DNA from: a candidate division FCPU426 bacterium
GTDB taxonomy: Bacteria > Oederibacteriota > Muellerivitia > Muellerivitales > Muellerivitaceae
DNA: 64,000 bases
NCBI GenBank assembly: GCA_963830915.1
Contig: CAWHOE010000046.1
Span: 1-64,000 of the forward strand
Direction of reading: 5' to 3'
The notes under the pieces were generated by a model. That model was not told where the DNA came from and made no database searches. It saw only the letters and a program-made list of their open reading frames with translations. The position numbers and the translations under genes were made by a program. Below, one piece after another: positions 11,418-19,213 of this stretch; the stretch's first letter is position 1, and each line of letters starts with the position of its first letter.

Positions 11418-14114
11418 TTACTTCAAGATCAGCAATTTGGAGAGGACCGTGTTGGTCTGGCCCAGCGACTTCACCGTGCAGGACACGATGTACAGGCCGC
11501 TCGCCAGGTTCCCTCCCGCGAAGTCCTTCTCGTTCCAATAGACATCATGGTTCCCCGAGGAGCCGATGGTCGCCCCCGTCAGGGTCGTGGACCAGATCAA
11601 CCGGCCCGCGATGGTGTAGACCTTCAGGGTGATCAGGGCCGAGGGGTCCACGAAAGTACTGGACCCGTTGTAAGCCTTGGCCGACACACCCACTCCCGTG
11701 GAACCCGTCGTGTTGCCCGACAAGTTGACCGCCAGGTTGACTCCCGTCCCCGTGGAGGGGTTCGGGTAAGCGGTCACGTTGGCCGCTTTCAAGGCCGAGC
11801 CCGTCGCCGACGGCTCCTGGCCCCAGACCAGCGAGCCGTTCATATAGCCCGTGATCTTCGTCCACTCGGTGAAGCTGGTGTAAGGCGCGAAGCTCCAGTC
11901 GTTATCCTGCAGCATGTTGCTCCAGTCGTTCTTGTTGAACCGGCTCTGGATCTGGATCATCTGGCCAGGCTGCAAGACCAGGTTGCCCGTGAACTTGTAG
12001 CTCACGTAGTTGGTCTGGCCGCCCAGGGTGGTCGGCAGGACCACGGCCTGGACATCCCCGGTCACCGAGGTGCCGGCCGGCATCAAGCCAGCCCAATCCA
12101 CCCAGACCTGTTCGGTCTGGTTGGTGCAATCGCAGTTGTACCAGTAGCGGACTTCCACGTTGTTCAGGTTCAAGGGCCCGTTCCCCGTGTTCACGATCTC
12201 GATCTGGGGATGGGGGCTGTTGGTGGAGTCGGTCGTCACACCCGCCAGGAAATACAGGGCGAAAGTGCCGGTACCCGAAGACACAGTCGTAAAGGTCGCC
12301 GTGGGCGGAACCGGTGTATCGGTGGCCGTTGGCGGCACCGGCGTCAGGGTCGGTGTATTCGTCGCCGTGAATGTGGCCGTCGGCGGCGCCGGGGTATTGG
12401 TAGCCGTCGGCGGGGCCGGGGTATTGGTCACGGTGGGCGGCACCGGACTGTTCGTATTGGTCGGAACAGCCGTATTGGTGCGCGTCAACGTGAGGGTGAA
12501 GGTGGCCGTTGGTGGAGCCGGCGTGAACGTCGAGGTCGGCGGCGCCGAAGTGAACGTCGAGGTCGGCGGCAACGGAGTATTCGTCTTCGTGGCCGTGAAG
12601 GTGAAGGTAGGCGGTACCGGTGTATTCGTCTTGGTAGGCGTGAAAGTGAAGGTGGACGTGGGCGGTACCGGTGTATTCGTCTTGGTCGACGTGAAAGTGA
12701 AGGTGGACGTGGGCGGTACCGGCGTATTCGTCTTGGTGGCCGTGGGCGGGACCGGCGTGTTGGTCTTGGTCGGCGGGACCGGTGTGAAGGTCGCCGTCGG
12801 AGCGGCGGAACCCGAGACCACTCCCACGAAACTCGTCACGCTCGTCGCCGTCAGGCTATAGGTAAAAGAATTACCCGATACGGCCACCGCGGGCTGAGCG
12901 ACAAGGTTGGTGCTTCCGTTCGTTACCCAGGGAGTCACCGAGGTCACGTTGACCCCGCTGATCGTGAAGGTTTGATTGACCGCCGAACTGTTCGAGTTGA
13001 TGGCCACGAATACGATGGTCTGGGGCGAAGAGGTGTTCGTGTTCTTGAAAGCGCTCACCGACACGCCGGAAGAAGGCACCTCGGTCGCGCCCATGCGGTA
13101 ATAGCCGGGGCGGATGAACTTGCTGTAATTACCCAGAACGAAAGCCTTGATGTCGAGGCTGCCGCCGCTGATCAGGTCTTGGAGCCACCAGTAATGGAAG
13201 GCGTTCGTGCTGGCGTCCACCAGACTGCTGTGGATCCAACCCGCTTCCTGCATGGCGCCAGGCACGTCGGTCGTGTTCCCGGATATCTCGGTCTCCCACC
13301 ACTCCTGGTTCGTCACGTTGCTGAAGCCGTAGGAAGAAAGAGGGGCGAGGTTTTCGCCGTACGCGTGGGAGGCGATGATGCCGATCTCAGGCGCCGCGGT
13401 CGAATCGGCCATGGCGGTGGAGGCCAGGTTCATGCCGCCCGGATTGTCAGGTTCCGGAAGCATGATCTTGGTGGAAAGACCCGCGCTCTGGAGGGCGCTA
13501 TAGAAAGCCTTAACGTAGACGTCGAACTGGCCGGCCGTCCAAAGACAGGCTTCATAAGTGGGGTTGAAGTTTGGCTCGTTCTGGATCGAAAGCGCGTAAA
13601 GGTTGATGCCCTGGTTCTTGCAATATTGGATGAAAGAGACCTGGTATGCCGCCAATCCCGTATCGTCGCTGTTGGCGGCTCCTGAGCTGGCTCCCAGGAA
13701 GGTATCGTTGCTGGCCCCGCCATCGACGTTATCGTTGGCTTTGTATTGGGCGGGAGGCGACCATTCGGTGGCCCAGAAAAGGATGTTCGGATTGCTGGCC
13801 TTGGCCGCCACTAATTGGCTTACTTCTGACGAGAAGTTGTTGGTGGGATCGATCCGGGCCCTCAGCGAGGTCAGCCCGATATGGCCGTTCACATTGTCGT
13901 CAGCGAAAAACTGGGTCCCCAATCCGCTGACACTGCTCCAGGCGCTGGAGGCCCCGATGCAATGGATGTATTGGTTGGTCTGGGTGGCGTTTATCGTACA
14001 GGTTCCCGACCAGGCCGGAAGGGCCGCGCCGAAAAAGACCGCCACGAAGAGGAAAGATAGGAGACGAGAAACCGATCCTCCTAATTGATCGCTGGAAAAA
14101 GGACACTTTTTCAC
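11418..14114 (-). CDS. GH30 (xylanase-like) + Thr/Pro linker + CBM3 + CTD
   Basis: AGGAG RBS before GTG; signal peptide; SIQNEP, WETEIS, YSKFIRPGYYR; CBM3 and CTD nearly identical to those of GH62. Confidence 0.92.
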   Translation of the reverse strand: MKKCPFSSDQLGGSVSRLLSFLFVAVFFGAALPAWSGTCTINATQTNQYIHCIGASSAWSSVSGLGTQFFADDNVNGHIGLTSLRARIDPTNNFSSEVSQLVAAKASNPNILFWATEWSPPAQYKANDNVDGGASNDTFLGASSGAANSDDTGLAAYQVSFIQYCKNQGINLYALSIQNEPNFNPTYEACLWTAGQFDVYVKAFYSALQSAGLSTKIMLPEPDNPGGMNLASTAMADSTAAPEIGIIASHAYGENLAPLSSYGFSNVTNQEWWETEISGNTTDVPGAMQEAGWIHSSLVDASTNAFHYWWLQDLISGGSLDIKAFVLGNYSKFIRPGYYRMGATEVPSSGVSVSAFKNTNTSSPQTIVFVAINSNSSAVNQTFTISGVNVTSVTPWVTNGSTNLVAQPAVAVSGNSFTYSLTATSVTSFVGVVSGSAAPTATFTPVPPTKTNTPVPPTATKTNTPVPPTSTFTFTSTKTNTPVPPTSTFTFTPTKTNTPVPPTFTFTATKTNTPLPPTSTFTSAPPTSTFTPAPPTATFTLTLTRTNTAVPTNTNSPVPPTVTNTPAPPTATNTPAPPTATFTATNTPTLTPVPPTATDTPVPPTATFTTVSSGTGTFALYFLAGVTTDSTNSPHPQIEIVNTGNGPLNLNNVEVRYWYNCDCTNQTEQVWVDWAGLMPAGTSVTGDVQAVVLPTTLGGQTNYVSYKFTGNLVLQPGQMIQIQSRFNKNDWSNMLQDNDWSFAPYTSFTEWTKITGYMNGSLVWGQEPSATGSALKAANVTAYPNPSTGTGVNLAVNLSGNTTGSTGVGVSAKAYNGSSTFVDPSALITLKVYTIAGRLIWSTTLTGATIGSSGNHDVYWNEKDFAGGNLASGLYIVSCTVKSLGQTNTVLSKLLILK

Positions 14115-14211
14115 GGTGCACTCCTGATATTTTTGATAACGATCTAAATTTCAATTAAATCGTTGTGAGGAAAGGACGTGATCATTGGAAGACGAGGTTG
14201 TCCTAACATCG

Positions 14212-14242
14212 ATTAGTGTTTGGGGTTTGCCGGTTTATTCCC
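14212..14242 (-). promoter_or_regulatory. ECF-type promoter GGGAATAAA-N15-CACTAAT upstream of GH30-CBM3
   Basis: Matches the five-copy motif with exact spacing; intergenic. Confidence 0.8.
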
Positions 14243-14297
14243 GCCAGGGGACGGTTTTGGCGCCCGAAGGATAAAAAGGGGGATTTTTAAGGAAAAA

Positions 14298-15587
14298 TCA
14301 GGGATTATTCGGGTGGTTGATCCTGTAATTGATCAGCCATTGCCGCAAGGCCAGGTCATTGGGGTTCAAACGCAAGGCCTGATCCAGGCACTGGAGCCCC
14401 TGGGCGGTCTGGCCCGATCTCAAGTAAATGATCCCCAGGTAACGCCAGGCCAGGGGATTTTGCGGGTTGTCCTGCACCGCCTTCTCGTAAGGAGCGGCCA
14501 GGGCGGGGGTCTGGACAGCGGTCGGCGGGGTGCTGGTCGTCCCCGGCAGTTCAAAAAGCACCTCGACCTTCGATTTCGGGGGTCCGGCCGGGACCGGCAC
14601 GGGCTGGGGCGTGGCCACTACCGTCACAGGCGCGGCCTGGACCGTCACCGGGCTGGTCATCACCGTCACCGGCTTGACCGGGACCGGCGTGGGGTTGGGG
14701 AATTCATAACCCACGCTGATACGGTGGGAGGTCCCCAGGTCGCCGTATGGCACGAAAGCGTAGTCCAATTGGAAGCATCCTATCTTGAGTCCCCCGCCCG
14801 CGGTGAATCCGGTCAAGCCGCCGATCTGGTTGTCGGCGAGAGCCCCTTGGTAACCCACCCGCAGGAAGTAATCCCGTTCGATGGTCCCCTCCAAGCCCCC
14901 CTGGATACGGCTCACGCCGTTGGGTTCCCAATCCCCCGTCACCAGGGGCCTCAGGTCCGAACCCTTTTCCAACACCAGGTCGGTCGACAGGCCCAGACGC
15001 AGGTCCTGGGCCGGGTTGTACCCGGCCTGGGAAGTTCCCAGACCCGTATAGGACAATCCGGCGCGGAAAGCGGGATCGGGAGCGAAGAGGACTCCCAGGT
15101 CCCCGGTCAGGCCGGTATAGAGCGCGTTGATGATCTTTTGCTCCACGCCGTGCAAGGCCAGGCCCAGGGATAGACTTCGGGTCATGGGCAATCCCCAACC
15201 CAGGCTGAAGGCCGCGTCGCTGTCGGCGAAGGTGCCCTGGTAAACCCCGTAAGCGTCCCGTTGGTCGATGTTCCCCCAGGATACATATTGAAGGGCCCCG
15301 GCGAAACCGCCCAAGGGGCCGGCGGGCAGACCGAAGAGAAGGGTCTCCTCGAAGGAACTGCCCAGATAACTGTTGTGGTTGACCGAAAGGCTGGCGTTGC
15401 GGAGTTGGGAAAGACCGGCGGCGTTGAAGAAGAGGGCGGATGGGTCGTCGGCCAGGCCCGCGAAGGCGTCCCCCAAAGCGTCCGCCCGGGCGGAGGCGCC
15501 CAGGCCGGAGAGCGGGGTGACCAGTCCCGCGTTGGAAGTACCCTGCTGGGAAAAACATAGAACGGGAAACATCAATGGAACCACCAA
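14298..15587 (-). CDS. PorV/PorQ-family outer-membrane barrel with C-terminal Pro/Val linker and TPR domain (start uncertain)
   Basis: GASARADALGDAFAGLADDPSALFFNAAGL is the PorV/PorQ (FadL-like) N-terminal signature; alternating strands end at QLDYAFVPYGDLGTSHRISVGYEF; TPR YEKAVQDNPQNPLAWRYLGIIYLRSGQTAQGLQCLDQALRLNPND. Confidence 0.82.
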   Translation of the reverse strand: MVVPLMFPVLCFSQQGTSNAGLVTPLSGLGASARADALGDAFAGLADDPSALFFNAAGLSQLRNASLSVNHNSYLGSSFEETLLFGLPAGPLGGFAGALQYVSWGNIDQRDAYGVYQGTFADSDAAFSLGWGLPMTRSLSLGLALHGVEQKIINALYTGLTGDLGVLFAPDPAFRAGLSYTGLGTSQAGYNPAQDLRLGLSTDLVLEKGSDLRPLVTGDWEPNGVSRIQGGLEGTIERDYFLRVGYQGALADNQIGGLTGFTAGGGLKIGCFQLDYAFVPYGDLGTSHRISVGYEFPNPTPVPVKPVTVMTSPVTVQAAPVTVVATPQPVPVPAGPPKSKVEVLFELPGTTSTPPTAVQTPALAAPYEKAVQDNPQNPLAWRYLGIIYLRSGQTAQGLQCLDQALRLNPNDLALRQWLINYRINHPNNP

Positions 15588-15681
15588 GACACCAAGCCAC
15601 CAAGAACGGCGAAAACAGGGATATCCGATAAAGACTTTATTTACATCACGGTTTTCTTGGTGCCCTTGGTACCTTGGTGGT
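15579..15681. repeat. (CACCAAG)x3 inverted-repeat element, copy A
   Basis: Left arm AACCACCAAGACACCAAGCCACCAAGAA; right arm TTCTTGGTGCCCTTGGTACCTTGGTGGT. Confidence 0.8.
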
Positions 15682-15695
15682 AAAAAATTCGGCCG

Positions 15696-17125
15696 TCACT
15701 TTTGGACCGCCAAGACCTGGGTCTTGAAGATGTCGCTGCGGCCCGAATCGTAATCCAGCTCGACCCGGTAGAAGTAATGGCCGGGAGCGAAGGCGGCGAC
15801 ATTGAGCCGGCTCGACCCCAGCCCCGCGGCCTTGGCGTCGCTAAGGGAAGCCACCAGGTTACCCCAGGCGTTCCAGACCTTGATCTTGGCGTTGCCCGAC
15901 TCGGCCATGGTATAGACGAACTCCACCGTGTCCCCGTTGGAAGGGTTGGGGGCGACGTAGGGGTTGCCGCCTGGCGGGGCGGGAGGCGTGGCGATACGGG
16001 CGTGGGGCAGGCCGGGGCCAGGACCAGGCTTCCGTAGGCGCCGGCGGTCCCGTAATTGTCGCTCCCGCCGTTCCACATCAACTGCCCATCCCGGCAGACC
16101 CCTCCGTTGTGGTTCACGTCCAGGCCCACGTCAAAGCCCATCACGGTCCCGGCCCCGGGTGTGATCCCCAGCAGGGTCCAGGGGATGGCCGCTTCCACCA
16201 CATACCCCGTCGGCAGGGTCGTGGTCACGTACGTGACCCCGGTCGTCCGACCCTTGACCTCCCAGGGCGCGGTACCGTTCCAGGGGAACCCGAACACAAA
16301 ATCGGTGGAATTCACGGTGACCGTTCGGGAGTCGGTCGTATCCAGATCGACCTCGACCATGGAACCATCCCAGGGGTAAGGAAGGGGGCCCGAATAGGTC
16401 AGCTGGCTGTCGGTCACCGTGACCCCGATGTACAGGTTGTTCGAATCCCAAAGGGTGTTGAACCTGGCGTTGGAGCCGTAGGTATTGCCCAAGACGGTCT
16501 TGTTGGCCGTGTTCCAGGAAGCCGCCGAGTTCCAGGCCCATTCGCTCAGGACCCCGTCCACGGTAGGGCTGGACTGGCAGGCTTCCGCGGTCTGGGGGGT
16601 GGGGGTGGGAAGGAGCGGGTTGCCTGTGAAAAGGAAGGGCCTCTGGATGATGGCGTTGGGCTGGGAGGGACTGCGCCAGGCCAATTGGATCGTCGAATAG
16701 TTGGTCACCGCCCCGCCGAAGAAGTAATCAACTTCCAGAGGGACCTTCACTCCCGCCGTCAGGGCAATGGCCGTTCCGTTGATGCCCCGGTAGGGCCCGT
16801 CCACCCAACTGCTGATGACCGCGGTCCCATTGACGATGACGCTGACCCCGCCCGGCCCGTCCGTGACGAAGGTATAGGGCTCGCTGAAGGTGGGCTCGAT
16901 CAGGCCGGTCCATTTCACCGAATAGCCGGAAACCGGCATGCCCGATTCGGGCGCGCAGGTTCCCCAGTAGAAGGCGATGTTGGGATCCACTTCGGTGACC
17001 GCGGCGCTGGTAAGGTTGGGGCTGTCGTAGTAAACGGCCAGAAGCCCGTCCCCATTGAGCTGGGCCAGGCAGGGCCGGGTGAAGGTGAGCAGGAACACGA
17101 AAAGGGCGAATTGGGTCCGCTTCAA
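15696..17125 (-). CDS. Non-catalytic secreted PA14 + CBM9-like protein with CTD (indel near 15990-16000)
   Basis: GAGG RBS; signal peptide; PA14 (GLLAVYY...DPNIAFYWG...YSVKWTGLIEP...YTF...QLAWRSPS); CBM9/DOMON-like (TVDGVLSEW...LWDSNNLYIGVTVTD...GYVVEAAIPW...MGFDV); CTD in the next frame (YVAPNPSNG...KIKVWNAWGNLV...APGHYFYRV). Confidence 0.8.
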
Positions 17126-17210
17126 GGTTTCCTCGGGTACGGTTCATTCCAACGGTCTGAACCATTATTCACCCTGGCAACCTATTCACGCCAGAAAATA
17201 TTCTTTTTGG

Positions 17211-17871
17211 TTAGGGGGTTCCCAATTTGATACTGATGTCCTTGAACAGGTGGGCCGCGCCGGTCTGGACGTCGATGCGGTAATCGCCAGCGCCCGCCGC
17301 TTCCCCGTTCTCCAGAAGGCCGTCCCATTTGAAATCCCAACGGCCCGGCCTCCACGAAGCCCGTGTAAAGGGCCCGGACTTCCTTGCCGGAAGCGTCCAG
17401 GATACGGACCGTCACCAGGGACCTCTGGGGCGCCGCCACTACCACGTTCAACTCTTGACCTTCCTGGGCGGGTCCCGCCGCCAAAGGCTGGACCGGGGCC
17501 GGTTTATGGACAGGAGCGGCCATGGGTTTTTCCACGGTCCGGTGGATGGCCGGCTGGGGGATGGGCATGGGGGTCGAGGCCTTGGGTTGGGGCCAGAATT
17601 TCCACAGGACGACGCCGGCGGCGGTCAAGCCGACCAAGAGAACCTTGATGGCCCCGCCCCAGCTAGCCAAGCCTCCCGTGCCAGGCTGGGCGAGGGTTTG
17701 CAGGCCCTGGGGAAGGGTGGGTTGGGGAAGGCCGGTGGCCAGGTAGTTCTGTTCCAGCAGGCGCTCATAGTTCAAGGCGGCGTCCGGGGACGCCTCCAAT
17801 AACTTGGACAGGGCCGCGTGTTCGGCCTCGGTCAGTTCCCTTGTGAAAAATTCCTGGACTAGGTCCGTCAT
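17211..17871 (-). CDS. Putative membrane anti-sigma factor with C-terminal FlgD-Ig/CTD-like domain (indel near 17345)
   Basis: Starts 1 nt after the ECF stop. N-terminal LVQEFFTRELTEAEHAALSKLLEASP resembles a Zn-free anti-sigma domain; one TM helix (VLLVGLTAAGVVLW); Pro-rich spacer; then VTVRILDASGKEVRALYTG and, after removing one base, RWDFKWDGLLENGEAAGAGDYRIDVQTG...KDISIKLGTP-stop at 17211. Confidence 0.75.
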
Positions 17872-17872
17872 C

Positions 17873-18439
17873 TCAACCTTCCCTCACGAATTGTTCGACC
17901 AATACTTTCAGCGCCTTCTTACAGCGGGAAAGCCGTGACATCACGGTCCCCATGGGCAGTTTCAGCGTTCTTCCTATCTCGATATAGCTCTGTTCCTGCA
18001 ATTCCCTCAGCTGGACGATCTCCCGGCATTCCTTGCCTATCTTTTCCAGGCAGGCCTGGACGATATCCATCTTCCTTTTGTGCTCGTCCCGTTCCCGTTC
18101 TTGGGACTCATGAAGCCCCTTGGCCGCCGAACCGAGCATTTGTTCCAACGCATCGTGTTCCTGGCTGACCGACTTCATCCTCTGCCGGTACCGGTTATGG
18201 CATTTGAAGATGCAGATCTGCGTCAGCCAGGTCGAAAGGCTGGACCGGAACTCGAATTTATCGAGTTTCTCGAAGGCCGTGATGAAGGTCTCCTGGACCA
18301 CATCCTCGGCTTCCGGGTCCTGATAACCCAACAGATACACGCAGTTCTTATAAAGTCTTTCCCGGTAGGTGACGAAGAATTCGGCCTTGGCCTTTTCGTC
18401 GCCCTGGAGGATCTTTTGAACGAAATCCTTCTCGTCCAA
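17873..18439 (-). CDS. ECF (sigma-70 group 4) RNA polymerase sigma factor
   Basis: Region 2 AEDVVQETFITAFEKLDKFEFRSSLSTWLTQI; region 4 SYIEIGRTLKLPMGTVMSRLSRCKKALK; TTG start with AAGGGG RBS. Confidence 0.93.
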   Translation of the reverse strand: MDEKDFVQKILQGDEKAKAEFFVTYRERLYKNCVYLLGYQDPEAEDVVQETFITAFEKLDKFEFRSSLSTWLTQICIFKCHNRYRQRMKSVSQEHDALEQMLGSAAKGLHESQERERDEHKRKMDIVQACLEKIGKECREIVQLRELQEQSYIEIGRTLKLPMGTVMSRLSRCKKALKVLVEQFVREG

Positions 18440-18454
18440 GAGCGCCCCTTATAG

Positions 18455-18485
18455 ATGAGTGTTTTAACGTGAACGGTTTATTCCC
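18455..18485 (-). promoter_or_regulatory. ECF-type promoter GGGAATAAA-N15-CACTCAT upstream of the ECF gene (putative autoregulatory)
   Basis: The -10 element ends about 15 nt before the sigma start codon. Confidence 0.82.
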
Positions 18486-18598
18486 GGGAAAAGTATAACA
18501 CCCAAAAATCGGCCGATTCACATGTTTATCTGGGGTTTTTATTCGAGTAAAAAAGCGGACAACCAGGAGGAGGGATAACCGAATGGTAAAGGTGAGAA

Positions 18599-18733
18599 CT
18601 AGTTCCGGAGGGACATTTCAGGTTTGGCTTGCCGCGCGTCGTGTTCGATCAGCGTTTCCAAGCGTTCTTCCTCCACTTGTTTGCCGATCTCCCAAGCCAT
18701 TTTTTCCAGGATCTCTTCTAAAAGCGTATTCAT
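18599..18733 (-). CDS. 44-aa acidic helical small protein (not in ORF track)
   Basis: MNTLLEEILEKMAWEIGKQVEEERLETLIEHDARQAKPEMSLRN; GAGG RBS; has its own copy of the ECF promoter motif. Confidence 0.65.
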   Translation of the reverse strand: MNTLLEEILEKMAWEIGKQVEEERLETLIEHDARQAKPEMSLRN

Positions 18734-18767
18734 GAAAGGCCTCACAACTTGAATTGCTCTCTTACTT

Positions 18768-18798
18768 ATAAGTGTCGCGGTTCAGGAGCTTTATTCCC
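18768..18798 (-). promoter_or_regulatory. ECF-type promoter GGGAATAAA-N15-CACTTAT upstream of the 44-aa ORF
   Basis: Matches the five-copy motif with exact spacing. Confidence 0.78.
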
Positions 18799-18860
18799 TA
18801 AAAGTGACAATATTTGAGTACTGAAGTCCAATAAAGCATTGCGGAAATCGCCACATAAAT

Positions 18861-18895
18861 AAAAAAACCCGAGTTCATTTTCATGAACCCGGGTT
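18861..18895 (-). terminator. Intrinsic terminator (second one downstream of tRNA-Glu)
   Basis: AACCCGAGTTCAT-TTTC-ATGAACCCGGGTT hairpin preceded on + by an A-tract. Confidence 0.6.
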
Positions 18896-19012
18896 ATGTG
18901 ATTGGTAGCCACCCCTGGAGGTCCGCTCGTAGGGGAAATGCCCCCTACGTTACCCCATCCAACTACCTGAAAACTCCCGTTTTCAGACTTTCCCGCCCCG
19001 TGGGGCTAAAAT

Positions 19013-19043
19013 AAAAAAACCCAGGTCTTATGGACCTGGGTTT
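19013..19043 (-). terminator. Intrinsic terminator directly after tRNA-Glu
   Basis: AAACCCAGGTC/GACCTGGGTTT stem with an A-tract on + (U-tract on -). Confidence 0.7.
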
Positions 19044-19049
19044 GTATTT

Positions 19050-19124
19050 TGGTAGCCCCACGGGGAATCGAACCCCGATTTAATGGCTGAGAACCATCCG
19101 TCCTAACCGTTAGACGATGGGGCC
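19050..19124 (-). tRNA. tRNA-Glu (anticodon CTC)
   Basis: GGCCCCATCGTCTAACGGTTAGGACGGATGGTT-CTC-AGCCATTAAATCGGGGTTCGATTCCCCGTGGGGCTACCA; cloverleaf with encoded CCA. Confidence 0.96.
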
Positions 19125-19164
19125 CTACCGCTTCAGCGACTCGCGCATCAACAACGAGGTCAGA

Positions 19165-19193
19165 ATTCTAAGAAAACTAGGGACAATTTACAA
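19165..19193 (-). promoter_or_regulatory. Sigma70-type promoter of tRNA-Glu
   Basis: TTGTAA-17 nt-TAGAAT on the - strand, 40 nt upstream of the tRNA. Confidence 0.65.
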
Positions 19194-19213
19194 CTTCTAA
19201 AATAGGCCTCAAA

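Noticed and set aside
2300..12790. Linker repeats as a CRISPR array or diversity-generating template
   Set aside because: In-frame coding repeats without unique spacers; no cas or reverse transcriptase gene; differences between duplicated segments are mostly synonymous.
11379..13685. 768-aa Arg-rich + strand ORF
   Set aside because: Lies antisense to the GH30-CBM3 gene; high-GC shadow frame.
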